Positions 1 to 12,217 of a stretch of DNA of 64,000 nucleotides are shown here, piece after piece (the first letter of the stretch is position 1; the number at the start of each line of letters is the position of its first letter). The translations under genes were made by a program, and so were the position numbers. Source of the DNA: Rhizodiscina lignyota (Eukaryota); contig ML978122.1 of the NCBI GenBank assembly GCA_010015805.1, positions 2,700,453 through 2,764,452 on the forward strand, in the 5' to 3' direction. The notes beneath the pieces were generated by a model. The model was not told the origin of the DNA. It was given only the letters and a program-made list of their open reading frames with translations, and ran no database searches.

Positions 1-1962
1 CAGAGGCTGGTTGGCTGGCTGGCTCGGGATGCGCGCTGCACTGGCTGCTTCTGCCAGAATTCCGCGCCGCGAATGACGGCGGCATTGCTGCTCGTCGGTG
101 GCGGCGTGGGAGAGTGGGAGAGCGCGGTGTCTCTGAAGATCATGGCCTGTGCAAGGGCGACGCCGCAGGTACCGAACGTGACAAGACGCAAATCGTCAGG
201 GCTAATGCAAGCGAGCCAGACGAGAGTCACAAGATTGGAGCTGGATTCGGAGCATTTACGACGACGACGCTGCTCTTGCACTTCGTCCAGCGCAAGAGAG
301 TGGTCACCGCCAGAGGCTGCCTGCTGCAGCTTCGTCAGGAGAGGGCAGAGGCGGCAGCGTCATGTACGAAGTAAGTCGGCTTGTATGGCCGCCACCACGT
401 TGCTCATTCTCGTTCGTCAATCTGCTCGAGCCTCAATTCATCCCTTCGCGCGCCCTATCACGCGCGCGACACGTTCGAAAGGCCGTTCCCGTCTCGTCTC
501 TCCCGCGCAACATCCAGCAGATCACGCGCAGGCCAACCTCTCAGCTCTGCGCATCTTCAAAAGCACTTTGAGACCCCAAGATTGAGCGGTTCATGCGCCC
601 GGCCAATGGCGAGGTGCGCTCGCTTGAGCATTCCTTCGCCGCACCCTACTTGTCGTCCGACTCGCCATCTCGACTGTCAATTTCTCTGATCAATGCATCA
701 TTTTCCATCCAGCATCGTCAGGCGCGCTGCAGAGCCTTCGGCTTGCCCTGCCTCTGCTCCTCCAAGCAGCCATCCGTATCTTCCGAGCCGTGTCTGCATG
801 CTCTCCGAGTCCTTAGTGAGCTCAGCCTGGGGAAGAGGGGACTTCCCTCCAAAGTGCTGACTCGCGATGGATCTTCTCTCTGAAACCCACTCCGCACGTG
901 TCTAATCGTCTAATCGGCGTCCCGACACGCGTGAGACCCTTTTTCTGCCCTCACTGCCGTGGAGTCAGCGCGGAAAAAGAAGCTCGACAGGTCAGTGCAA
1001 TCGCTGCCCGTCACCAAGTGGCAGCGAAAGCCCGGTCGGAACCTCAGACGGGCACGCGCCGCGACCAGGGCGCAATTTCTACGCATGCCACTCATGTCCG
1101 ACCCATGCGTGAAAATAGCTCTCTTGCTTGAACCCGGGCAGACAGAGGGCCTCTTAGGCAGCGATCTAGGCCCGGTTCGTATTTTTCCTATATTGCTATG
1201 CATATTATTCCCGGCATGCGTAGCCCGAGTCTGCCAGCCGCGTGCCGCCCGCCTCTGCAACGGGTCTCTTCGATCCCTTGTGGCCTCGCAGAGTTCCCTC
1301 GGGACAGCTCATTCTCTATTGCAGCTGCACAGTCAGGCGGATACATGAGCGTATGCATATCACTGCGCAGTCTGCCGTCCCTCTTGAAATTAAAACTTGC
1401 TCTGTTCCCCGTCTGCCCCACAAGGGTCTTCATCAAACCTCGCTCTCGGCTGTCCCGATTCCCTCTGGGTCGAACTCCCTTGCACAGCATCGAGATCATG
1501 CCGAAATCTAGATCTTCGATTTCTTCGAATCGACTTTGACACTATTGCCGGATTGGGCAGGAGATATCTAGTGAATTGTTGAGGCGGCCGCGCTTCACCG
1601 TGGCCTAAGGGCCGCATTTTGAATTCTCCAGTCTTCACTGCAGTAGAAGGCACTACGTAAGCAGGCATGAATTGGAATCGCGTGCTTATCAAACTAGAAC
1701 AAGTCTGACAAGCCTTATCTCAACCTCGAGCCATTGATCATCGACTGTACACAGTAGAGCAAAAGTCAACATCCGGCACTGAAGAACATTTCCTGTACAT
1801 TTCTTCTATGTTCCGCGCGCCTATTCTAGCCGCGAGGCAATATGGCAGTCCTTTTCTATTCCTGCCTATATGTAACAGCCGCGCCAGTGAGGGAGATATC
1901 CCATCTTCCATCCGGACGCCATGCTAACCGAGTGCCATGAATGAAAACCCAAAAGGACATTT

Positions 1963-3534
1963 TCAAGGTTTGATCCACTCCATCTTGCATTTCTTATGCT
2001 CCTCTCGGTATCTCTCAATTCTAGCGAGATTCCACCCACTCCGCTTTCCGCCCTTCTTCTTGCCCAGTCTCATCGTCCTGCTCAGCCCGCACATCTTCGC
2101 CCTCCTGTCAAAGTTGAACTGGAAGCAGTCCCTCATCTCCAGACATGCTTCTCTGCATCCTTCAAAGCTTTCAATTGCGAGCCTATCCCGCTCGGACATG
2201 TCGTCATGCCTTTCGATAATCTCGTCCGTGCACAGGTTGTCCCATCCGTCCCGCTCGTCGGTGATGTTGTGCGCGACAAAGGCTTCAAACACGTCGCCGA
2301 ACGTGGGCGTGCGCGTCCCCGCGAGCAGATGGTTCTGCTCGTAGTGCCACACCGCCTCGATCTCTTCAGTCGACATGTGGTGAAAGGTAACGGCCGGGTG
2401 GCACCAGTGGTTATCGCCGTAGTCGAGGCTCGCTGGCGTCTCGCCCTGGATCATGGGCCAGCTCCTCGTCAGGTGGACGTCGTGGTCGAGCAGCGCGTTC
2501 GCGACGGTCAGGTCGCCGCAGCACGTCTCCATGGCCCACTTGTTGTGCTTGAGCTTCGACTCGGCGTCCTCCTTCGCCAGGATGCGCACCGCCGCGCTCG
2601 ACAGCACGTAGCCCGACCCGCCGTGCCCGAACTCCATGTCGCCGATCAGGTTCTGCGAGCCCATGTAGTACGGCTTGTTGTGGTCGAACTTGGCCAGCCA
2701 GGTCAAGAGGGTGGAGAAGAGGATGGACGAGTCGGCGTCGACGAACACGTACCACGACTTGTTGGGGTGCAGCTCGTACGACTTGTGCAGCATCGGCATG
2801 TTCTTGAACTTGTCGAGCTTCCACGCCTCGTCGACGCCTTCTTTTCCGAGGTTCTCGAAGGCGCTGCGGTTGTGGTTGTCGGGGAGGGAGTGCGAGATGT
2901 CCTGGAGCTTGGAGTAGAAGCGCCATTCGTCCGGCTGCCGCTCTTTGTCGATGTATTCGGGGAGGTGCTCGAGCGCGTCGAGGATTTCGATGCCTTCGAA
3001 GGTCTCGGCGACGTCGGAGAAGACGAGATAGTCGGGTGTGCAGGTGAATGTTGTGGTGAGGTGGATGGGTACTTTTGCGGAGACTTCTGTGGCGCCGGTC
3101 TTCATTACGAGGAGGATATCGTTGGCAAGAGGGTTTGGGGAGCAGTGGGGGGAGGTGGAAGCGAGCTCTTCAACCGGCGCGGAAGTCGTTTCGAGCTTTT
3201 GGTCTGAGGTTTCTGTGGGGTTGGAGGTTGATGCTTGTGATGCCTCTGGAGGAAAGGCGCCTTTCCAGGAATCATAGTGGATGGAGGACACGTTCGTTCT
3301 GCAAACGGTGAGGAAGATGAGGAGTATGAAGACCGCCGAGGCGATGTATACGCGGAGTCGAATAGGCTTAAGGCCTGCTCGAGGAAGCCGAATCGCGCCT
3401 CCAGAATTTAATGCTCCCATCTTGGGAAAAGCAGGCGAGGGTGAACGAGTGGACGGGTTGGAAAATGAACGAGAGTCGAAGGAATTCGGCGAGCCATGTG
3501 CGCTGATGAAAGGCTCTGTCTCTCTGCGGTCCAT
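1963..3534 (-). CDS. Glycosyltransferase family 31 (Fringe-like / core-1 beta-1,3-galactosyltransferase type), type II membrane protein
   Basis: Intronless ORF. First ATG at 3534 (MDRRETEPF; the track start at 3666 is TTG). TM segment VYIASAVFILLIFLTVC; motifs VMKTGATE, WKLDKFKNMPM, WYVFVDADS (DxD), FGHGGSGYVLS, CCGD, WCHPAVTFHH. Confidence 0.85.
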   Translation of the reverse strand: MDRRETEPFISAHGSPNSFDSRSFSNPSTRSPSPAFPKMGALNSGGAIRLPRAGLKPIRLRVYIASAVFILLIFLTVCRTNVSSIHYDSWKGAFPPEASQASTSNPTETSDQKLETTSAPVEELASTSPHCSPNPLANDILLVMKTGATEVSAKVPIHLTTTFTCTPDYLVFSDVAETFEGIEILDALEHLPEYIDKERQPDEWRFYSKLQDISHSLPDNHNRSAFENLGKEGVDEAWKLDKFKNMPMLHKSYELHPNKSWYVFVDADSSILFSTLLTWLAKFDHNKPYYMGSQNLIGDMEFGHGGSGYVLSSAAVRILAKEDAESKLKHNKWAMETCCGDLTVANALLDHDVHLTRSWPMIQGETPASLDYGDNHWCHPAVTFHHMSTEEIEAVWHYEQNHLLAGTRTPTFGDVFEAFVAHNITDERDGWDNLCTDEIIERHDDMSERDRLAIESFEGCREACLEMRDCFQFNFDRRAKMCGLSRTMRLGKKKGGKRSGWNLARIERYREEHKKCKMEWIKP

Positions 3535-5224
3535 AATTAAATGGCACCACGGTCGAATCCAAGTTAATGGTGTTGCACGGCGGGAAGCAACAGCGACATT
3601 AGAGACGTCGAATACCGAAGGAGGTTGAACGAGTGTAAACAGAAGGAAGGCAAAAAGGAAAGGCAAGATAGTACTCTAGGCTGAGGATGACGAGCAGACT
3701 GTGCCGCGGCGCGGAGCGTTATTCACATTATGTAGCATCGGTGACTTTCCCACTTCTCCTTTCACTTGCAAGGCTGCGTTTGGAGGCAATGCTTTGGCGG
3801 GTGCACTGCCAGCTCGTGTTCACGCCGCAGCCAGTGCCCGCTGTGCGACATCGACCTCTCCACATTTGCGTGCACGCCTATTGCCATATCCAGTAGGCAG
3901 TGCCCCGCCAGCCGATCCTTAAGATATTTTGGTTTGCGGTGCTTAACGAAGTACGGGCGCGCCGCCCAATCAGGCGGGCGTGTTAAGGAGACGCCAAGAA
4001 TAGGGATTCAGCGGTGGAGATGGTGATGCTCCGAATCGCTGTTTCAAGCGCGACCTCGCCCTAGCCTCGCACCAGCGTCGTATTATCGATACCAGCCGAC
4101 CATCGTGCAACTTGGCGCCCGGAAGATTTGGAAGCTTGTTCTTAAAGGTACATTGCTCGCTGGCCTGCTGCTTGCAGTTCATGCTGTTCGACTCGACGTT
4201 TCGCTTCCCAACCCGCGAGTTCAGAGGCATGACGGCTGTCATTAGCTAAGCTACGCCACTCCGGCCCTAGCCGGAAGCTGAAAAGGATCAGGATCCATCG
4301 AAACTGCTCGCCGTCGTCTCAAGGTCGCATGGAGCTTTACGAGGTACCTAGGGGTAACACGATTCTGTTCGCCGTCACCTGATGGAACGATGCGTGAGGT
4401 GTGGACATCTCACCGAGAGCTCCAAGCTGCTCCAGAATGCTCCACAGACGCTCTATCTGGGCGCGTTAATGCCGACCAACACCACCCACGCGACTTTGGA
4501 CAGGAGACTTTGATACGAGGCCGGAACGTTTCCGTTAGATTTTTCCAAAAGCGACACGAGACGACGCCATGGTAGTCCATTGTGCAATGCCGCGGGCCGT
4601 GGCTCACGACGTCCGTATACGACAGGCCTTGAACATGTTTAGCAAACTGACCGGACAAGAAAGGAGACGATTGCATGAATCAGGTGTGCAACAAGAGGCC
4701 CGGGATAGGATGTTCCATCTTCAATCGCTTGCGTGCTCTATTGAGTGACGGTACGACGTTGAAAGAAACTTCATCTTGGATGACAGGGACACCTTGACTC
4801 CGGCCCCCTATCGAGAAGGGATGTTGCTCGTTTGATTAATCAACATTGATACTTTCTCTACCGTACGCGCGGAAGTTGGTCTCGTTTTATCGCGTCCAAG
4901 TCAAGGAGAACTTCGTACGGCTGAGTCGCGTGCGTCGACTGCCCTCCTGAAAAGAGTGCACCGATGGATTTGAGTAGGTTCAATTTCTACTTGTGCCTGC
5001 TTAACTTTCGCCAGACCTTTGGTGTGGCTTGGCTATGGTCAACGTCTGAGTCTTTACATTAGTGCTTCGATCACACCCTAACATCTAAAAATGTTGTTTC
5101 ATTAGTGTACTAGTAGGATCTCCCTCTATCGGTCTAGTAATGATATAACTTTTGCGCGCAAAGCACGAGCAGCAAGACAGCATCGCTTGACTTGAAATAG
5201 AAAATATATCGGTATCTCTACCCC

Positions 5225-5581
5225 TCAATTGCGCCTGCGCTGCGAGAGGGGCTTCAACTCCCACACGACATCCCACGACTCTGCCGAACGAATGTCAATA
5301 GCTTGAACATCACGATACGACGATCTTAGTCACAACTTACCCATCTTCCCTGTACTTTTGTTCTTCCTGGTGATTCGGTGTGTGCGTATGCTCCCGCTCT
5401 TGGAGCCCGAGACCGCAGACGAAGTTGTGCTGGCGCTAGTCGTGGAAGACGCGGACGACGTTGAGCTTTGCACGGACGCCTCCGACTGCGGATCGCTCAT
5501 GCCCGATTCCATGCTATCGTGCCGCTTTGGGGGTTGCTTGGGAGGAGAGGGGGGCGTGGCGTCCGAGTTCTGTGACGACAT
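5225..5581 (-). CDS. Small Ser-rich hypothetical protein (~98 aa, 2 exons)
   Basis: ATG at 5581 (MSSQNSDATPPSPPK). Intron 5340..5281 (GTAAGT...TTGAC...CAG) joins in frame to ESWDVVWELKPLSQRRRN*. No family recognised. Confidence 0.4.
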
Positions 5582-6492
5582 TGCGATAGTTTGGGGAATT
5601 TGAGGCACAAAATTGATAGGATGCAGGTGTGATATGGCAGTATCTGTGGATGGAAGGAAAAGAGGATGGAGCACTGCAGGAAGCGAATATATCAACTTGT
5701 CGGCTTTCGATGTCCACCGTTTCCGGGCACATGTTGTTGGGACTCCCATCACATCCTCTCCGACATCACCATCAGGAGCTCGCTGAGAGGCTGCTCCGGA
5801 GTAAGTGCGGCATTATCCAAACGCTCGGAGACACACAAGGCTGATTTTGAATCTCTCAGGCACTTGACCGCCGCTAGCTGTCTAGCTGAGCGTCGCAGCT
5901 CGGTGAAATAATTAGCTTCGTGGACGGAGCCTCTCCCTTTCACTGCTCTATTCGTGACCTGGCATCGAACTCCACTACAGCAATAATGATTTTACGTGCA
6001 GAGACTCCAATAAATGTTTTGTCTCTGAAAGATGTGTCTGATGAAGAGGCTTTCACATGTAGTGTGGCACAAGACGAATCAGGGTAGGTGGTTTGATGAA
6101 TTCTCCAACGGTCTCCTTCCCCTCTTCACACAGTCAATTTGGGCGCGCCCCCTCAAGATTTCGGTCTCCCTCGTTCATCTCCTCTCATACTCCATTCTGT
6201 GTTTCTGTCTTCCATCTCCTCCATCTGCCTACCGTTCAAAATTCCACCGCCCATCAAACCCCCATTACACCCCAGGCTGAGGGGCATCTTTGCCCACTGT
6301 TAAGGGAACGGAGAGGCTCCACCAGATCTCTGCCGTGCTCAATCCCGATCCACAGGCTAGTACTGACGGTCGGAGCGATCCTCTGCACTCGTCTACACGG
6401 TATCCATCATCAGAATTCGCACAGCGGTCTTCTGGGCCCAACCTAGTTGTATTCTGTCAAGTGATATGCTTGTATCCTCGTCTTCATTAATC

Positions 6493-9400
6493 ATGCACAT
6501 ACTGCCATCGTTCCTGGCGCTACCAGCGTTACTGGCGCTCGGTACTGCCGCGTATGAAAGTAAGTCCACTGATGCCACCCTTTCCCTCAAAGAGATGGAC
6601 CACCTAATCAAAAATACGTAGAACCCTGGGAGAGACCGGATGCAGAAGGCATCGAAAGACCACTGATCGATCACGTCCCTCGCCAAAGCCAAACCTCCAA
6701 AGAATACAGGTGCCCGAAATCCAATGGCACGATCATCTACGGGGATGTCACTGGCCGTCCATTTGTCATCGAATGCTCCTGGGGCCGCCCGGGCCCTGCT
6801 ATGGTAACGTTATATGTCGACTCGATTGACGAATGTGTCCTCGCATGCGACGAAACGGAAGGTTGCGTTGACGTCAGAGAGGTATACGACCGCAACGGAC
6901 ATGCAGCCTGCTTCTTGAAAGCGGAGCTGTACGAGGGCACTGCCGATGAGAGGATTGTTGGAGCGAGGCTGCTCGGCACTGAGGCGGGGGACGATACCGT
7001 CATCGCCGAACGAGAAACTGTGGTTGTTGAAGAGACAGAGGAGCCGGAGACGGACGCTGGCAAGTCTTTGCTCCGGGTAACCGAAACCACCGTCATCATG
7101 CCAGCAGAAACCGTGTTCGCCGAACCAGAGACCCAGATGGTTGAAGAGACAGAAGAGGCAAACCCGGACACCGACGAATCTTTACATGTCGTAAGCGGAA
7201 CCACCATCATCATGCCAGCACAAACCGTGTTCGCCGAGCCGGAAACCGTAATTGTCGAAGAGACAGAAGAGACGGAGGAGGCAGACTCGGAGCCCGCCGG
7301 GTCATTTCTTGTCGTAAACGAAACCACCGTCATCCTTCCACCAGAACTCGTAATTGTCAAACAGACAGACCCGAATGCCAACAAGTCCTTGCTAGTCGTA
7401 AACGAAACCACCGTTGTCATCCCACAAAACACGACACTCCTCGTGAACGAAGACGGAGAGGTTCTCTTGAATGAGACGAGAGGCGGTGTTCCGGGCGTAG
7501 CGCGCTTGAATGGAAAGATTGTCCAGGTCGCCGTCCGCCCACCGGCAGCTCCAGCACCTGCACCGATTCGCATTACGGTGCCGGCTCAAGAGGAAGCAGA
7601 AGAGCCAGAGGATCCGGAACCGTTTGATGCACCTTCTCCGTCGTCTCCTAGACCACCTCCAAGGGGCCCAAGCCGGCCGAAGCTCGTCGCGATATACACG
7701 CCGCGTCCTCCGCCGGTGAACAATGACCCCGTCATTGTGACGAGTAGGCCACATCCGCCACGCCCATTGCCGTCGCCGAACCTTTTCGATCCACCCAAGG
7801 AAGTCTACGAGGAGATTGAAGAGGAGGAAGAGGGGGAAGAAGAGATCGAAGAGGAGGACGTCCACAAGCATCCGAAATATCATCATGCGCCAACCCATCA
7901 CCATCCGTTTATAGCACCCCACCCCGCTCCTACTCGTCCGCAAGGTCCACCCTGTATCGGGGAACAATGTGTGCAAAGAACCAGACAACACTTTTGCAAC
8001 CAGCCAGGAGGCTGCAGCAACTCTTATACCACACAGACATGTCCTGCGCAACACAGCCAATGGGGAAAGCGTGATGCCGTCCTTGGACAGGGATGCTTGC
8101 CCACTGCGGTCATCGACATGTTCAACAACAACAGAATCAACTACTACGACAGCAACGCGGACCCCGTATACTGGGGCAAGTTGTGCAACAGCTCCAACGC
8201 GGACTGCCCCGTCGTCCCGATCCTGAAAACTACGGACGCGTACATCCGGCCATGCAAATCTGGCGAGTGCGCAGATGTCATGCATATATCTGCGCGGAGC
8301 TTTGAGAGCGTAGACATGCCGAATGCCGAGAGCTACAGCAATGTCGTGGTTGGAAAAACAGAGTATAGCGAACCGAAGTGCCTATCTTGCCAAACGCGCA
8401 ACAAGCGTTCGGATGGCCAAAGTTCTAACTCGTCACACTCGGAGATCGAGTTTCATCCATATACTCCTCCACCTCGGATCCGGAATGCGCCTGTGACAGA
8501 TTGCGCGACTGGTCCTGAGGTGACATTGTCGCCCGTGCTTGACGAAACACTTTCGCCTGCGATGGGCATCGCTGGTTGCTCAGCATTCGGTGGATACGAG
8601 CAACGTTCTCAATACTCGACATACTCTAGCCCGCAGTATCAGGCAGCGCCATATCCAAGCCATTCGTATTACGGCTTTAATGACGGCAGCTACACCTCCA
8701 CCTGCACCTATGTGCCACCAACTACCTGCACAACTAGCTCAACATCTCAAGCAGTGACCTACGATTGCTACACTGCTCCTTGTGCGGTTGTTACGCCTAG
8801 CTCAGCGTGTCAACCAGTGGCTCACGACTCCTACGCCACTCCTTACGAAACTACTGCATCCATCTGGTCACCCACATCCTCGGTGGACTACAGCGTCTCC
8901 TCTGACTCCGAAGCTCCAGACGTGACCGAGCCGAGCACAGTGCAGCCGATCCCCGACGTTCAGTCAACTTCGCAAGTGGAAGTTCCTGCTACTCAAGGTG
9001 CATACGCCTCCTCTGAAGTGTCCACCGTCCCAAGCTCTTCGACTACAACATCATCTGAATCAAAGGCGCAGAGCACGGACGGCGTTTCCTACCCTGCGCC
9101 TACACACATTCTCAATTCGCCAACGCCATCCAGCTCCAGCGCGCCGGTGGCTTCTTCTTCTTCTTCTTCTTCTTCTTCTTCTTCTTCTTCTTCTTCTTCT
9201 TCTTCTTCTTCTTCTCCGTCTGTTGTTCTCACCTCGGCAACGCAATCCAGCTCTCGCACACCAGTGACCACTCTGACAGTGACAACTTCTCCGCCAGTGG
9301 CATCCTCTCAGGAACTGCCCTCTTTTCTATCAGCGGCCTCTTCTCAGGCATCAGCAGCCTGGTCTGAGGCAGTAGCTCTTTCTCAGGGAGTGGCGTCTTC

Positions 9401-10145
9401 TCTGACAACGGCATCTTCTCAGACTACAGACAGTCAGCCAACTTCCTCAGTTCAGCCTGCTGCTACCACATCGACATACACGTCTTCCGAAGTGTCTACG
9501 GTCCCAAGCTCTTCGATTACCGCGTCATATTCATCTTCATCGCAGCTGCAGAGCGAGCAAGGGGTTTCCTACCCTGCACCTACAACAATTCTGAACTCTC
9601 CAACTCGATCGAGCTCCAGCACACCAGTAGAGTCTTCTCCTGAAGCTGCAGTCTCTAACTCAGCAACGCAATCAGGATCCAGCACACCGGTAGCTTCCAC
9701 CTCTCAGCGCACAGTTCTCAATTCGCCGACACAAGCTCGCTACATCTTCCGGGGCGTTTCCTACCCTCCGCCTCTCAAAATCCTCAACTCTCCAACGCGA
9801 TCCAGCTCCCTCACAACAGTGACTTCTTCCTCTCAGCCTGTTGTCGCCAATCCGCCAGCGCGATCTTGCACCAGAACGCTTGTAATCGAGCAGGACGACG
9901 GACAGCCCATCGTACCTGCTCAAACGAGCAAGTGCGCTGCTCATCTGCCTACGTCTCCGTTGGCCGTCACGCCCACCCAGAGTTCATGGACTTCCGCAAC
10001 GCAGGAAAGCCCGGCGGAGACGTCGGGTGGCTCATTCTTTGACAGTTTGTTCGAAGGCGGAGCAGCTAAGGCTGAGAGATCGGCATTGGGGGGCGCAGGT
10101 GCTGCTTTGGTGGCGTTCATGATTGGTATCCTTGCGCTTTTCTAG
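6493..10145 (+). CDS. Secreted, probably GPI-anchored cell-surface protein: PAN/apple-like Cys domain, acidic repeats, Cys-rich middle, Ser/Thr stalk
   Basis: Signal-peptide exon 6493..6559 (MHILPSFLALPALLALGTAAYE). Intron 6560..6621 (GTAAGT..CTAAT..TAG) joins in frame to ORF 6801..10145. Apple-like motif CPKSNG...C..ACDETEGC...ACFLK; C-terminal small-residue spacer plus hydrophobic tail ALVAFMIGILALF. Confidence 0.8.
6995..7440 (+). repeat. Imperfect intragenic tandem repeats (ETTVIMPAETVFAEPET..VEETEE)
   Basis: Anchor G(A/G)AACCACC(G/A)TCATC-like at ~7083, 7197, 7320 and 7404 (spacings 114, 123, 84 nt; all multiples of 3). Confidence 0.85.
9153..9215 (+). repeat. (TCT)21 microsatellite encoding poly-Ser
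   Basis: Perfect TCT run in frame within the GPI protein. Confidence 0.95.
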
Positions 10146-10387
10146 ATCGTTATGGGAGAGCTGTTGAAGCACGAATGCCGTAAGTTTCATTCCACCGGTT
10201 GAAAGAGAGACGAAACGAATGCTGACCGAGGCCAGTTTCTGACCGTTTTACAAGATTGTCGAAGCCGGAGTATTTGAAGGATGTTGAAAAATCGTAGCTC
10301 TATCAGTCGCAGAATCTTTATAGTCTAATAGAATGTAATCTATCACCCTCTGTCTATTTGAGGTTGCTTCCGTGCCTCCGCAAATTC

Positions 10388-11840
10388 TCAACAGCCTAAA
10401 TATCTCCTCTCAACCCATCTATCTTCCGCATCACCAACCACTCGCCCAACCACAACTCTTACATCGGGGAACACGCTCAGAAGCCTGTTGACTCCCGTTC
10501 GACCTGCCGTGTACGTCACCACGATAATCCTATCCTCTGGGACGCCGTGGTCCACCAGAACCCGCACGGCCATCAATACCGCCCCGCCCCTGCAAACTTG
10601 TCCATCGAGGAGTAGGACCATCCCATGCTCAGCAATGTCCGGCGCCAGCGATAAGAAGTGCAGTTCCGGCTCCCCTGTAGACTCGGGTGTCTGGATTAGT
10701 ATGCGCCCTGTCCGGCAGTCCGGTATTACTCTTCTGAGGCCTGTTTCGAGGACACTGCCTCCTCGCAGAAGCACCACAGCAGAGACCTCGCGAGCTGATT
10801 TAAGGCCAATGTATAGATTACCTTCGGGGGTCTGGATCTGCGTGGCCTCGAATTGATTACACTCGCTCGCTTGCTCAATGAGCAGGCTTGCAAGACGGTC
10901 GAAGTAGAAAATGAAGACTTCCCTCTTCAGGTCAGGGTCGAGGAGTAAGGTGTTGATGCCCGTGATCTGCCGCGTCTGTTTCAGCACAAGTACATTTGCG
11001 CTCAACGGCGCGGCTTCCACCGCCTGGCCAAGTCTTCGCAGCTCAAGCTGATGCAGCGCAGACTTGTGTGATAAGATTTTGAGAATGCGGTCACTTATCA
11101 TCCCGATGGCGACCTTATTCTCGACGCCGCGCGGCACAATGATGTCCGCAATCTCGCGCTGCGGCTTCACCCACTTGTGGAAATTGGGCTTGACGAAGTT
11201 GAACCACTGCTTGATGCAGCCCTGGATGTCGCGGCCACGCTCCTCGACGTCACGCACCAGCCGGCGTGACAGGCACGTATCGGCGTCGGCCTCGCAGAAG
11301 ATCTTGAGGTCAAGCATGTCTAGGATGCGCTGGTCGTGCAGCGCGAAGATGCCCTCGAGGATAAGCACGTGCGGGGAGTAGATAGTTTGCGTTTTGGAGA
11401 TGCGCGCGTGCTTCTCGAACGAGTAGATTGGCACTTCGCATTTCTTTCTAGGAGGGATTCAGCGGTTTGGTCTTGATACTGATAAGCCCAGCGGTAAGAT
11501 GTACCCATTTTTCAGATCCTTGAGACGTTCCACGAGGATGTCAAAATCGATCGCCTGGGGGGCGTCAAAGTCGAATTCATTCTTGAACGCTTGAATGGAC
11601 TGCTCTGGTGTCAATGGGTTATAAAATGAGTCCTAATGATTCATTAGCCTCTGAATTTCGGCGCGGTGTCCAGGAATGGAGACAGACCATGGAGAGAATG
11701 ACGACCCATGGTAGATTGAGAGCAGCGACGACGGCCAGTGCGAGAGAGGTCTTCCCTGACCCTGAGCTTCCAGCAATGCCGATGATACTTGTATTCTGCC
11801 ATGGTGGTGAATATTGCTGACCTCGAGGCACCTTTTGCAT
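10388..11840 (-). CDS. URK1: Uridine kinase with C-terminal UPRTase-like domain
   Basis: Exons 11840..11688, 11632..11505, 11447..10388 (446 aa). P-loop GIAGSSGSGKT, DSFY, FDFDAPQAIDFD, ILEGIFAL, RDVEERGRD, ADIIVPRG. Confidence 0.92.
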
Positions 11841-12217
11841 GCCGTCAGTGGTGGGTAATGAGGCGGTCGGCTCGAGTTATGACAGTTTGATCATGATCCC
11901 AACAGCACTCTAACAATCAGCCTCTGATCCAAAGATAATCTCTACAAACTTCCAGATATTGATATGGAGGTTGAAAGCAGCTTGGCAAATCGAGTCTCAA
12001 GGATGGATAGTCACGTGCGCCAAGACCTGGAACGCCGCCTCAAAATTCGAGCTTCACCTCACCGGAAAACAAGCTTGCGAGCTTCACTTGCTCCTCCAAC
12101 ACTCTCTTCACCACCCTCCAACTCCTTCGCGGTTATGCATCGCGTTTCTCTCTACCATCTCACACGCTTGCTCATCCTCGAATCGAACCCACCGTCTTGT
12201 GCTAGGACCTCTTCGAC

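Noticed and set aside
1..1900. Overlapping short ORFs, including a minus-strand frame running off the window start from ~143
   Set aside because: No recognisable domain; may be UTR or promoter of a gene outside the window.
1996..3207. 403-aa + strand ORF
   Set aside because: Antisense shadow of the GC3-rich GT31 gene; no recognisable family.
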